A stretch of 35,400 bases of DNA from a virus (lineage: Duplodnaviria; Caudoviricetes): positions 1 to 35,400 of IMG/VR virus record IMGVR_UViG_3300038318_000223. One strand, 5' to 3'. A program made the position numbers and the translations under genes. Positions 7,893 to 15,604 of the stretch are shown here, piece after piece. Every line of letters begins with the position of its first letter. Positions within the stretch are counted from its first letter, which is position 1. Under the pieces are notes generated by a model that had not been told where the DNA came from, made no database searches, and worked only from the letters and a program-made list of their open reading frames with translations.

Positions 7893-8210
7893 ATGGGATT
7901 AGATTTTTCACATACTTGTTCAAAAATAGACAAGGCAATATCGGAAGCAAAAGATACTATAATCGACTATTTGAAAGATTGCATTACAGACTTATGCCCT
8001 TATATTACCGATGAAAAGGCAAGTGAGTTATCAAAAGATTTGGGAACTGATTTATATGATAAAATTTCAGATGGATTTGAAGCAACAAGAGAAACAAATG
8101 AGGATATGAGAAAGCAAGCAGACTATCAAATTGAAAAACTTGAATCCGAAATTGATGACTTAAATTCTGAAATCAAAGAACTCGAAAGCCAATTAGATGC
8201 TGTTTCTTAG
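7893..8210 (+). CDS. Hypothetical coiled-coil protein in a cassette-like unit
   Basis: ORF bracketed by inverted TTATCGGCTGCC (7844-7855) and GGTTGCCGATAAC (8210-8222). Confidence 0.75.
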   Translation: MGLDFSHTCSKIDKAISEAKDTIIDYLKDCITDLCPYITDEKASELSKDLGTDLYDKISDGFEATRETNEDMRKQADYQIEKLESEIDDLNSEIKELESQLDAVS

Positions 8211-8213
8211 GTT

Positions 8214-8420
8214 GCCGATAACGTTTCGCAGGTATGGAATCGGTTTTTACGGAATTGAAACACTAAACTTAATAATATGAATGCAAGAGAAAAATTAGAT
8301 GAATTTGCCGAAATAAACGGTATGAACAAGAACCAACTTATAGGATGGTCAATAGCAGCAGACTTTGCTGAATGGTACGTAGAGCAAGTAAAAAACTGTT
8401 CTACACCTGATGTTGTAGGG
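8214..8420. repeat. attC-like site with a long ORF-containing loop
   Basis: GCCGATAAC, then arm CAGGTATGGAATCGGTTTTTAC (8229-8250) ... arm GTAAAAAACTGTTCTACACCTG (8388-8409), then ATGTTGTAGGG. Confidence 0.6.
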
Positions 8421-8531
8421 CGAAGCGAACAGTTGTGCGACCATGAGTGGCTAAACCATTCATTCGACCATTTCGGATTCCTACAAGAGCAAATATGTGA
8501 TAAGTGTGGAGCAAAGCAATCTGTTTCATAA
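8277..8531 (+). CDS. Chimeric small protein with C-terminal CxH...CxxC module
   Basis: Starts inside the hairpin loop and reads through the GTT site as KNCSTPDVVGRSEQL into CDHEW...CDKCG. Confidence 0.7.
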   Translation: MNAREKLDEFAEINGMNKNQLIGWSIAADFAEWYVEQVKNCSTPDVVGRSEQLCDHEWLNHSFDHFGFLQEQICDKCGAKQSVS

Positions 8532-8599
8532 CATCGGAATAACCGCTGTTTAAATTGCGTTTATGGAGTGTTATCGTGCGTTTCAATGCACGAAATAAA
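8529..8599. repeat. About 70-bp attC-like repeat, copy 1
   Basis: TAACATCGGAATAACCGC-loop-GCGTTTATGGAGTGTTA followed by the hairpin TCGTGC...GCACGA; near-identical copy at 10278-10351. Confidence 0.85.
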
Positions 8600-8651
8600 C
8601 TAAATAGAAAATTAAAAACAAAAACACATTTAAAATATCAAAAAATATTAT

Positions 8652-8807
8652 ATGGAAACGATAAAATTAAACACAAAAGCCTCTAAAAAACACGGATATT
8701 GTCCATACTGCAAGAGATATATCGGAAGTGGATATATCGGAACGGAACACAAAAAACTATGCAAAAATGTATCCGTAGAAGTTCGTAAAATACATGGAGG
8801 AGAATAA
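8652..8807 (+). CDS. Small zinc-finger-like protein (51 aa)
   Basis: Manual translation METIKLNTKASKKHGYCPYCKRYIGSGYIGTEHKKLC...; CxxC...HxxxC. Confidence 0.6.
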   Translation: METIKLNTKASKKHGYCPYCKRYIGSGYIGTEHKKLCKNVSVEVRKIHGGE

Positions 8808-8810
8808 AAT

Positions 8811-9050
8811 ATGGAAACGATAAAATTCACAAAAGGTGAATTAAACCACCTTGCTAATCTGATAGCAGATAATGAGCGAAATGGTACTTATTATGGAAAC
8901 AGGAAGCAGTATTGGAAACGCTCATTTGAGCTAAAACAGAAATTGCTTTTATTTGCTTGTAGTAGTTCGTATTGTCCTCAATGTGGTGTTGAGCATAGTA
9001 CGACTGCTTATATAGGGTTTTGTAGTGAAAAATGCCTTAACAAGTATTAG
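8811..9050 (+). CDS. Chimeric small protein with C-terminal CxxC...CxxxC zinc ribbon
   Basis: CPQCG...FCSEKC module bracketed by an 18-bp imperfect inverted repeat (8960-8978 / 9049-9066). Confidence 0.7.
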   Translation: METIKFTKGELNHLANLIADNERNGTYYGNRKQYWKRSFELKQKLLLFACSSSYCPQCGVEHSTTAYIGFCSEKCLNKY

Positions 9051-9097
9051 GGCAATATGACTGCTAATATGGAATTAACAACTAAAATAAATAAAAA

Positions 9098-9370
9098 ATG
9101 AAAAGTAAATTACAACTACTGAAAGAGGCTAATGACATTTTGCGGTCAGTTAACTCGATAATTGAACGAAAAGGTAATATTACAAATTGGGAAGGAATTG
9201 ATAAAAAAGTGAAAATGGCATTAGCCGAGCAACATGAACTGCTGTTAGCAAAAAACTGCTATATATCCGATGTTACAAATCAGGTTTGCGGTGATTGCCT
9301 ATATTACCTTACTTGCAATAACGAAAGCCGAGATAAACAGATATGCGACAATTATGATAATGAACCATAG
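9098..9370 (+). CDS. Chimeric small protein with C-terminal Cys-rich module
   Basis: Linker KNCYISDVTNQV is encoded by AAAAAACTG-N10-GATGTT, homologous to 8390-8414; then CGDC...C...C. Confidence 0.7.
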   Translation: MKSKLQLLKEANDILRSVNSIIERKGNITNWEGIDKKVKMALAEQHELLLAKNCYISDVTNQVCGDCLYYLTCNNESRDKQICDNYDNEP

Positions 9371-9374
9371 CAAA

Positions 9375-9434
9375 TATAAATTTAAAAAATCTTTACAAAA
9401 ACTGCAAAACGTATTAAATTTTTGTGTATTTTTG
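9375..9434 (+). promoter_or_regulatory. Promoter (copy 1 of a 60-bp near-identical repeat)
   Basis: -7 box TATTTTTG 9427-9434; matches 11307-11366 with about three substitutions. Confidence 0.75.
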
Positions 9435-9448
9435 CAGTAGATTTTAAA

Positions 9449-9578
9449 AGCATACTTGAACATGAATAATTTTTTTAAGGAAATAAAAAGCACTAAGGAA
9501 GCCGTAAACCGAAAGGAGCGGAAGGGAAACAATCTTACCGATGTATGCTCCCTAATCTCTTCCTTTGTGCTTTTTTTT
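9449..9578 (+). ncRNA. Structured leader RNA, copy 1 (C4/CI-antisense-like topology)
   Basis: Outer stem AAAAGCACTAAGGAAG/CTTCCTTTGTGCTTTT, GAAA-capped hairpin, AGGGA/TCCCT helix; loop GTATGCT complementary to upstream AGCATAC; covaries with copy 2. Confidence 0.6.
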
Positions 9579-9622
9579 AATGGGATGAAAAACAAAATTA
9601 ATAACAATTAAAATTTACAACG

Positions 9623-9865
9623 ATGAAAACTTTAGCAACATTTAATTTAGAAAACATCCTTGCATCAGACGGGATTACAGAAATGAAAATTTGGGAAAAC
9701 AACGGTATTTACACATTAACAACTGGAAATAAAACTCCTGATTTTGACTTAGACAATTACGGGTGTGAAAATAAAGAGGATTTACTTTATTTAGCAAAAA
9801 GAAGCCTGAAAAGAGTGAAAGAAAATTCAGCAAACGAAGTAATTAATTTTATTGAAACCCTATAA
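9623..9865 (+). CDS. Hypothetical protein
   Basis: 80-aa ORF with A-rich leader downstream of the structured leader. Confidence 0.7.
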   Translation: MKTLATFNLENILASDGITEMKIWENNGIYTLTTGNKTPDFDLDNYGCENKEDLLYLAKRSLKRVKENSANEVINFIETL

Positions 9866-9876
9866 TAACTACCACG

Positions 9877-10269
9877 ATGAGAGCAATATCTAAAACACAA
9901 ATCGAAGCAATTGAAAAACTTGGTGGAACTATTCACGATGATTATATCACGTTTGAAGTTGAAAATCAAGAATACGGTGAACATTGTGATGATGAAGATA
10001 AAATATGGAATGAAATTCAAAAAATTATTCCTGGTGTAGATGGAGCAATGCAAGGACATCCGCTTGATGAAAGTGACTTGAATTACATCTACTTTAAAAT
10101 AGACTTTATACCATACCCAAAAGACTTTATTAATTGGGCTGAATTAAGCAGAACACTTGCAGGAGATAGGTCTGCAATTACAAGAAATAGAATTTCAGCA
10201 AAACATGAAGAAACTATTCAAACATTAATTAATTCAGTCGGTGAATGGTTAATTTCTTTGCGCTCTTAA
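9877..10269 (+). CDS. Two-domain protein with C-terminal HTH-like motif
   Basis: Acidic N-domain plus INWAELSRTLAGDRSAI, resembling an HTH. Confidence 0.6.
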   Translation: MRAISKTQIEAIEKLGGTIHDDYITFEVENQEYGEHCDDEDKIWNEIQKIIPGVDGAMQGHPLDESDLNYIYFKIDFIPYPKDFINWAELSRTLAGDRSAITRNRISAKHEETIQTLINSVGEWLISLRS

Positions 10270-10277
10270 ATGGGCGG

Positions 10278-10351
10278 TAACATCGTAATAAACGCTGTTT
10301 TAAGAATTGCGTTTATGGAGTGTTATCATGCGTTTCGATGCACGAAATAAA
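10278..10351. repeat. About 70-bp attC-like repeat, copy 2
   Basis: TAACATCGTAATAAACGC-loop-GCGTTTATGGAGTGTTATCATGCGTTTCGATGCACGAAATAAA. Confidence 0.85.
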
Positions 10352-10402
10352 TCCAAACTATTGTCGGTTAGCTAACGAAACTTTAAATGGAGGGCTTTTT
10401 AT

Positions 10403-11179
10403 ATGATTTTAAGAAGATTAGGAAATAAACAAAAAATTGCAAAGGAAATACAAAAGCATTTCCCACAGCATAGAATTTATATTGAACCTTTTTTTGGTGC
10501 TGGTGGTATGTTTTTTAATAAACCAAAAGCAAACTATAATTTAGTTAATGATATTGATAACGATGTTTTTAATTTATTTCAAGTTGCTACGAATAACAAA
10601 AACGAATTGAAAGAAGCGTTTAAATTAATGCCAATACACGCTGGATTATTAGAACACTGGAAGAAAAATAATGAAACAGACCCTATAAAAAAGGCTTTAA
10701 GGTTTATATTTTTAAGCAACTTTACATTTTTGGGAACTGGACAGCAAATGAGGTTTACAGCAACTAAAAATGAATATCCTGAAAACTTTGAATATTTGCT
10801 TGATGCAACTGCAAAATATCTTTTTGGTGTGCAGTTTGGCAATACTGATTTTAGAAAGTTTATAAAGGATATTTCTTTTCAAACTGATGGAAGAAATGAT
10901 GAGGCAAAAACTCTAATTTATGCAGACCCCCCATACATTGCAACAAATGATAATTACAGCCATTCATTTACCGAACAGGATAGCGTTGATTTATTTGATA
11001 CACTACAAAATAGCAAGTGTATGTTTGCAATGAGTGAATTTGACAATGAGTTTATTTTAAACCAAGCAAAAGAACGCAAATTGAATATAATTTACATTGG
11101 AGAAAGAACCAATTTAAAAAATAAACGAACTGAAATATTAATAACGAACTATGAGAACGCACCGACTTTATTTTCCTAA
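10403..11179 (+). CDS. DNA adenine methyltransferase (Dam/D12 class, orphan)
   Basis: GNK, YIEPFFGAGG, NDID, YADPPY, EILITNY. Confidence 0.93.
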   Translation: MILRRLGNKQKIAKEIQKHFPQHRIYIEPFFGAGGMFFNKPKANYNLVNDIDNDVFNLFQVATNNKNELKEAFKLMPIHAGLLEHWKKNNETDPIKKALRFIFLSNFTFLGTGQQMRFTATKNEYPENFEYLLDATAKYLFGVQFGNTDFRKFIKDISFQTDGRNDEAKTLIYADPPYIATNDNYSHSFTEQDSVDLFDTLQNSKCMFAMSEFDNEFILNQAKERKLNIIYIGERTNLKNKRTEILITNYENAPTLFS

Positions 11180-11306
11180 TGGTTTTGAAAAAACAATGGA
11201 ATTTACGAAAACCGTTCTCACGTTGGAAGCGGAAGCGAAAGAATATCCGATAATAGACTTTCCAACAATGTAAAAATATTATACTTACAATGAAATTTAA
11301 AACGAT

Positions 11307-11366
11307 TATAAATTTAAAAAATCTTTACAAAAGCTGCAAAACGTATTAAAATTTTGTGTACTTTTG
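11307..11366 (+). promoter_or_regulatory. Promoter (copy 2) upstream of the replication operon
   Basis: -7 box TACTTTTG 11359-11366; duplicate of 9375-9434. Confidence 0.75.
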
Positions 11367-11378
11367 TATTGAAATTAA

Positions 11379-11515
11379 TCAGAGTTAAAAATGTATATTA
11401 TTTTTTTAAAACATATTAAAAGCATAAAGGAAGCCGTAACCTGTAAAGAACGGAAAGCTAAACTTTCTACCCTAAACTCTGAGCTTATTTCCTTCCTTTT
11501 TGCTTTTATTTTTTT
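11379..11515 (+). ncRNA. Structured leader RNA, copy 2
   Basis: Outer stem AAAAGCATAAAGGAAG/CTTCCTTTTTGCTTTT, GTAA-capped hairpin, AAGCT/AGCTT helix; loop AACTCTGA complementary to upstream TCAGAGTT. Confidence 0.6.
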
Positions 11516-11527
11516 AGGAGAATTACT

Positions 11528-12007
11528 ATGAAAGAGTTTTTTGAAAAAACACTTGAAGACATTATTTTTAATACAGATAATGAATTGTTATGTGAACATG
11601 GATTGATAATTTCAGGCAAAAAATTAAGACAAGTAAAAATAGGAAATTACGGGATTGCTGATTTAATAACATACAATATTGAAAGGGATTATATATATGA
11701 TAATTACTTAAATATAGCATTGTATGAATTAAAAAGAAAAGAAATAAATAATAATTCTTTTATGCAAGCTATTGGATATATTAAGGGGATAATAGAGTAT
11801 TTAAATAAAAGACAATTTTCAAATTATAAATTAGAAATAATTAATTTATCTGATAATTTTGTTTATTTACCTTCTTTATATACCGATAAAATAGAATATC
11901 CTTTACAATCTATATGTAATATAGAATATTATACTTATGATTATAATTTTAATGGAATAACGTTTATAGATTGTAATGATTATAATTTAGTAGATAAAGG
12001 TTTTTAA
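11528..12007 (+). CDS. PD-(D/E)XK restriction-endonuclease-like protein (NucS C-domain-like)
   Basis: EKTLED...RQVKIG.YGIADL...YELK...QAIGY. Confidence 0.7.
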   Translation: MKEFFEKTLEDIIFNTDNELLCEHGLIISGKKLRQVKIGNYGIADLITYNIERDYIYDNYLNIALYELKRKEINNNSFMQAIGYIKGIIEYLNKRQFSNYKLEIINLSDNFVYLPSLYTDKIEYPLQSICNIEYYTYDYNFNGITFIDCNDYNLVDKGF

Positions 12008-12008
12008 T

Positions 12009-12878
12009 ATGAGCGAATATAGAATTAACGGTTTTGAGCAAATAAAGGCATTTTATTCGTGGGTGTTTAATAATGCAAAAGAAAGAGTAACGCCTCAACA
12101 TATTAGTTTATACTTATTCCTTATCAATCAAAATAATAGAAGTAATTGGATAGAGTGGTTTAAGGTTCCGTTTGATTTAGGTATGGCTGGTGCTTGTATT
12201 GGTAATAAGAAAACATACTATTCATGTTTAAATGATTTAGTTTCATGGAATCTTATAGAATATGAGAAAGGAACTAACGAATACAAGGCACCGTTAATAA
12301 AAATAGCGGTACTAAAAAGTACCTCACATGATACCGCTGCTGTACCTCTACCAGAACCGCTACTGCAACCGCTGCCTACTACTCTACCTATACCGCTACC
12401 TACCCATATATATAAACTAATAACAGATAACATAAAACTAATAACAGATAACGAAGTAAAATTTGAAAAATTCATTGAATCATTAAAAGAAAATATTAAT
12501 AAAGAAAATAAAAGTAAAGAAAATAATAAAGAAGATGAAATTCCAATCGATGAAAAACCATTTAATTATTTAGAATATCATACTTATTATGATTTGGTAG
12601 AACATGCTAAAAAAGAAGAATCATGGTTTAATTCATTACTGCGACTTTTAAAATTAGAAAAAGAAACAATTTTAAGTGAATTAGAAAATTTTCCTATAGT
12701 ACAAGAAGCCAAAGGAAACAAAATAACTAATTTAAAAGAATTTAAAAATCATTTTTTTAATTACATGAATTTAAGAAAAGACGATTTAAGAAAAGTAGAG
12801 CGCAAAAAATCTGAAATCAGCATTGTAGACCGTTTAGAAATTGAACGACAAAAATATTTTGAAATATTAAAAAAATAA
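12009..12878 (+). CDS. Phage replication initiator protein
   Basis: N-terminal wHTH-like domain, Pro-rich linker with DNA repeats, position directly before dnaB. Confidence 0.75.
   Translation: MSEYRINGFEQIKAFYSWVFNNAKERVTPQHISLYLFLINQNNRSNWIEWFKVPFDLGMAGACIGNKKTYYSCLNDLVSWNLIEYEKGTNEYKAPLIKIAVLKSTSHDTAAVPLPEPLLQPLPTTLPIPLPTHIYKLITDNIKLITDNEVKFEKFIESLKENINKENKSKENNKEDEIPIDEKPFNYLEYHTYYDLVEHAKKEESWFNSLLRLLKLEKETILSELENFPIVQEAKGNKITNLKEFKNHFFNYMNLRKDDLRKVERKKSEISIVDRLEIERQKYFEILKK
12345..12452. repeat. Iteron-like repeats (putative origin) inside the initiator gene
   Basis: Five 12-bp units resembling CCGCTACCTAnn (12345-12404), AAACTAATAACAGATAAC twice (12414-12431, 12435-12452), then an A-rich tract. 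Confidence 0.6.
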
Positions 12879-12882
12879 CAAA

Positions 12883-14247
12883 ATGGAATTAGCAAAAGTA
12901 CTGCCGTATAATTTAGATTTTGAAAAAGCATTATTGGGAATATGCATTTTAGAAGGAAAATCAATTTATGAAATAGTTGATATTATAAATACAGATATGT
13001 TTTACGACATTAAACATCAAACTATTTATAAGCACCTTGTAAGAATGTTTCGGGAAGGGGTACAAATAGATTTGCTTTCATTAGGAAAATCAATAATCCA
13101 AAGAAATGAAAAGGAAGTCATCGGGGGGTTTGAGTATTTATCCGAACTAACGAACCGAATAAGTTCATCAGCTAATATTGAGTATTACGCTGTTATGATT
13201 AAAGAATACTATATAAAGCGTAGTATAATAACATTCAGTGCGGAACTAAATACAAAAGCATATTTCGAAGCCGAAACGCTTGATAGTTTGGTGGAGTACA
13301 TTGATAAACGTATATTTGAAATAACAAATTATTGCTATGGAAAATCAACGATTGAACATGTAAGCGTTCCAGTTACCAAAGCATTAGAAGAAATACACGA
13401 AAGAATACAAGCAAATAAAAGCGGTAAACCTCTTGGCATTCCTACACCGATAACTAAATTAAATAACATATTAAACGGTGGATATAAGACAGGATTACAC
13501 ATATTAGCAGCACGACCAGCAATGGGGAAAACGTCTTTTATGCTATCAATTGCAAAAATGTCAGTCCATTTTGATAAAATTCCTTTGATATTTTCTCTTG
13601 AAATGACAAACAAACAATTAGCCGACAGGTTGATATTATCTGAATTGGATGATTCGGTACAAACAGATAGGTATAGAAACGGATGGATGGATGATCTTGA
13701 ATTCAAAAAAGTTGTCGATGCATCGTTATTGGCTAAGAACATGAATATGTATTTTGATGACAACAGCTGCGTTTCATTTAGTTATATAAAATCAACGTCT
13801 TATAAGAAAAAAAAACAAGGCGCTTGTGATATTATATTTATTGACTATTTGCAACTTATGGATATAAAACAGGAAAAAGGACAAACGAGGGATATGGCAA
13901 TTGGAAACATTACAAGACAATTAAAAGCATTGTCAAAAGAATTAGACGTGCCTATTATTCTTTTAAGTCAATTGAATCGGAGCAGCGAAGAGAACAGAGG
14001 GAAAATACCGACATTATCAAACCTTAGGGAAAGCGGGAACATCGAACAGGATGCCGACAGCGTGCTTTTCATTCATCGTCCTGAGTATTATGATAACACA
14101 GAAGAAAAAGGGCATGGAAAATTGATAATGGCAAAACACAGGAACGGAGCCACGACCGGAGAGATAGATTTCTATTACAATGAAAGTTTAACTAAAATAT
14201 TTAATGAACCGATAATTGAAATATTTGATTATAATGCAACATTTTAA
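12883..14247 (+). CDS. dnaB: Replicative DNA helicase DnaB
   Basis: ILAARPAMGKT, FSLEM, IFIDYLQL, LSQLNR, LRESGNIEQDAD, AKHRNG. Confidence 0.97.
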   Translation: MELAKVLPYNLDFEKALLGICILEGKSIYEIVDIINTDMFYDIKHQTIYKHLVRMFREGVQIDLLSLGKSIIQRNEKEVIGGFEYLSELTNRISSSANIEYYAVMIKEYYIKRSIITFSAELNTKAYFEAETLDSLVEYIDKRIFEITNYCYGKSTIEHVSVPVTKALEEIHERIQANKSGKPLGIPTPITKLNNILNGGYKTGLHILAARPAMGKTSFMLSIAKMSVHFDKIPLIFSLEMTNKQLADRLILSELDDSVQTDRYRNGWMDDLEFKKVVDASLLAKNMNMYFDDNSCVSFSYIKSTSYKKKKQGACDIIFIDYLQLMDIKQEKGQTRDMAIGNITRQLKALSKELDVPIILLSQLNRSSEENRGKIPTLSNLRESGNIEQDADSVLFIHRPEYYDNTEEKGHGKLIMAKHRNGATTGEIDFYYNESLTKIFNEPIIEIFDYNATF

Positions 14248-14902
14248 CATATTAAAAGAATACGAAAATATTAAACTTTATCACGGCGACTGCATGGATT
14301 TGATGCGGGAAACTCCCGATAAATACTATGATATTGCAATTGTAGACCCGCCGTATGGATTAGAAAGATTTAAAAAAGGTGGTAGTCATGTAAATAAATA
14401 TGGTAGCGAAAACGGACAATGGAATAACGAAAAACCAACAAAAGAATACTTTGACGAGTTATTTCGGGTGTCTAAAAATCAAATCATTTGGGGGGCAAAT
14501 AATTTTGAATTACCAACAAGTGAATATTTTATAATTTGGCAGAAATCAAGTGCAGAAGATTTTAGTTTTGCAATGTGTGAAATGGCTTGGACTAACTGTA
14601 AGGTTCCCGCAAAAATTTACAGAAAACTTCATGTATCAGTTGAAGATAAAAGAAAAATACACCCAACACAAAAACCAATTGAACTGTATAAATGGCTTTT
14701 ACATAATTACACAAGCGAAGGAGATTTGATTTTAGATACTCATTTAGGAAGTGGCAGTATTGCAATAGCAATAGACAAAGCAAATAAAATCAATAACATG
14801 AATCTACGCTTTACAGGAATAGAACTTGACGTGGATTATTATAATTCAATGATAAAACGATTTGAAGCCTACATAAGTCAATTAACCTTAAATTTAATAT
14901 AA
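14216..14902 (+). CDS. DNA amino-methyltransferase (N6A/N4C, beta class)
   Basis: GDCMD, VDPPYG, HPTQKP, ILDTHLGSGS; start may be the ATG at 14234. Confidence 0.93.
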   Translation: MKYLIIMQHFNILKEYENIKLYHGDCMDLMRETPDKYYDIAIVDPPYGLERFKKGGSHVNKYGSENGQWNNEKPTKEYFDELFRVSKNQIIWGANNFELPTSEYFIIWQKSSAEDFSFAMCEMAWTNCKVPAKIYRKLHVSVEDKRKIHPTQKPIELYKWLLHNYTSEGDLILDTHLGSGSIAIAIDKANKINNMNLRFTGIELDVDYYNSMIKRFEAYISQLTLNLI

Positions 14903-14903
14903 T

Positions 14904-15128
14904 ATGGCAACTTATCTAAAAAGCGAATACGATAAAAAAACAGGAAGTATTCAACAAACACGTATGCAATGCGAGGTGCTTTCAGAGTGCGGGAGTTGGC
15001 TTAAAATACGGATAACATCGCACATTGTAAAAGGAGTGCCAAACTGTGTTTTAAAGGTAAAGAGACGGAATGTGATTGGGTATGTAAGTCCGAATGTGAA
15101 TGTTGATTTTAAACAATATAAAGATTAA
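14904..15128 (+). CDS. Hypothetical protein
   Basis: Tightly coupled ORF. Confidence 0.6.
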   Translation: MATYLKSEYDKKTGSIQQTRMQCEVLSECGSWLKIRITSHIVKGVPNCVLKVKRRNVIGYVSPNVNVDFKQYKD

Positions 15129-15218
15129 TACAAGATTTAAGAAAGGAGAATAACGATGAAAATAATTGATAGAATTTTATATTGCAGAGATAAATAACTA
15201 TTTTAAAAATAAATAATC

Positions 15219-15518
15219 ATGGAATCATTAATTGAAAAAATAATTGAATCTTTAGAAAAAAGACGTGATGCTGTATTTTTTTGCGAAAATACAGAAAATG
15301 AATTTAGTGCAATTGCATTTAAGGAAGGAATCACTGTTGCAATTGAAGAAATAAAAGAGATAGAAAAGCACTGTAATTTTGAGGAGGCGGCACGTGTGTT
15401 AATTAAATATATGAACAGATTACATCCTCATCATAATGCGATTGTAACATCTACAAGCGCTGAGCTATTCGAAGGGAAAGAAAGCAGAAATAAAATATAC
15501 GATTATTTAACAGATTAG
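15219..15518 (+). CDS. Hypothetical protein
   Basis: ORF with A-rich leader; HPHH motif. Confidence 0.7.
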   Translation: MESLIEKIIESLEKRRDAVFFCENTENEFSAIAFKEGITVAIEEIKEIEKHCNFEEAARVLIKYMNRLHPHHNAIVTSTSAELFEGKESRNKIYDYLTD

Positions 15519-15604
15519 ATAAAGACTAAATACATGAAAGTAACAGATTTAAGAATTGGAAATTATATTTATTGTAATAATGGAAACAATTAAAAAGCAA
15601 TAAT

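Noticed and set aside
9486-9574. c-di-GMP-I riboswitch
   Set aside because: GTAAACC-GAAA-GG is reminiscent, but I could not place the remaining conserved core and copy 2 diverges; an Infernal search is needed to exclude it formally.
9623-10269. Type II toxin-antitoxin pair
   Set aside because: Size and HTH fit, but no recognisable toxin motif.
8529-10351. Repeat pair as DGR template/variable repeats
   Set aside because: Non-coding, differences are not adenine-specific and no reverse transcriptase is in the window.
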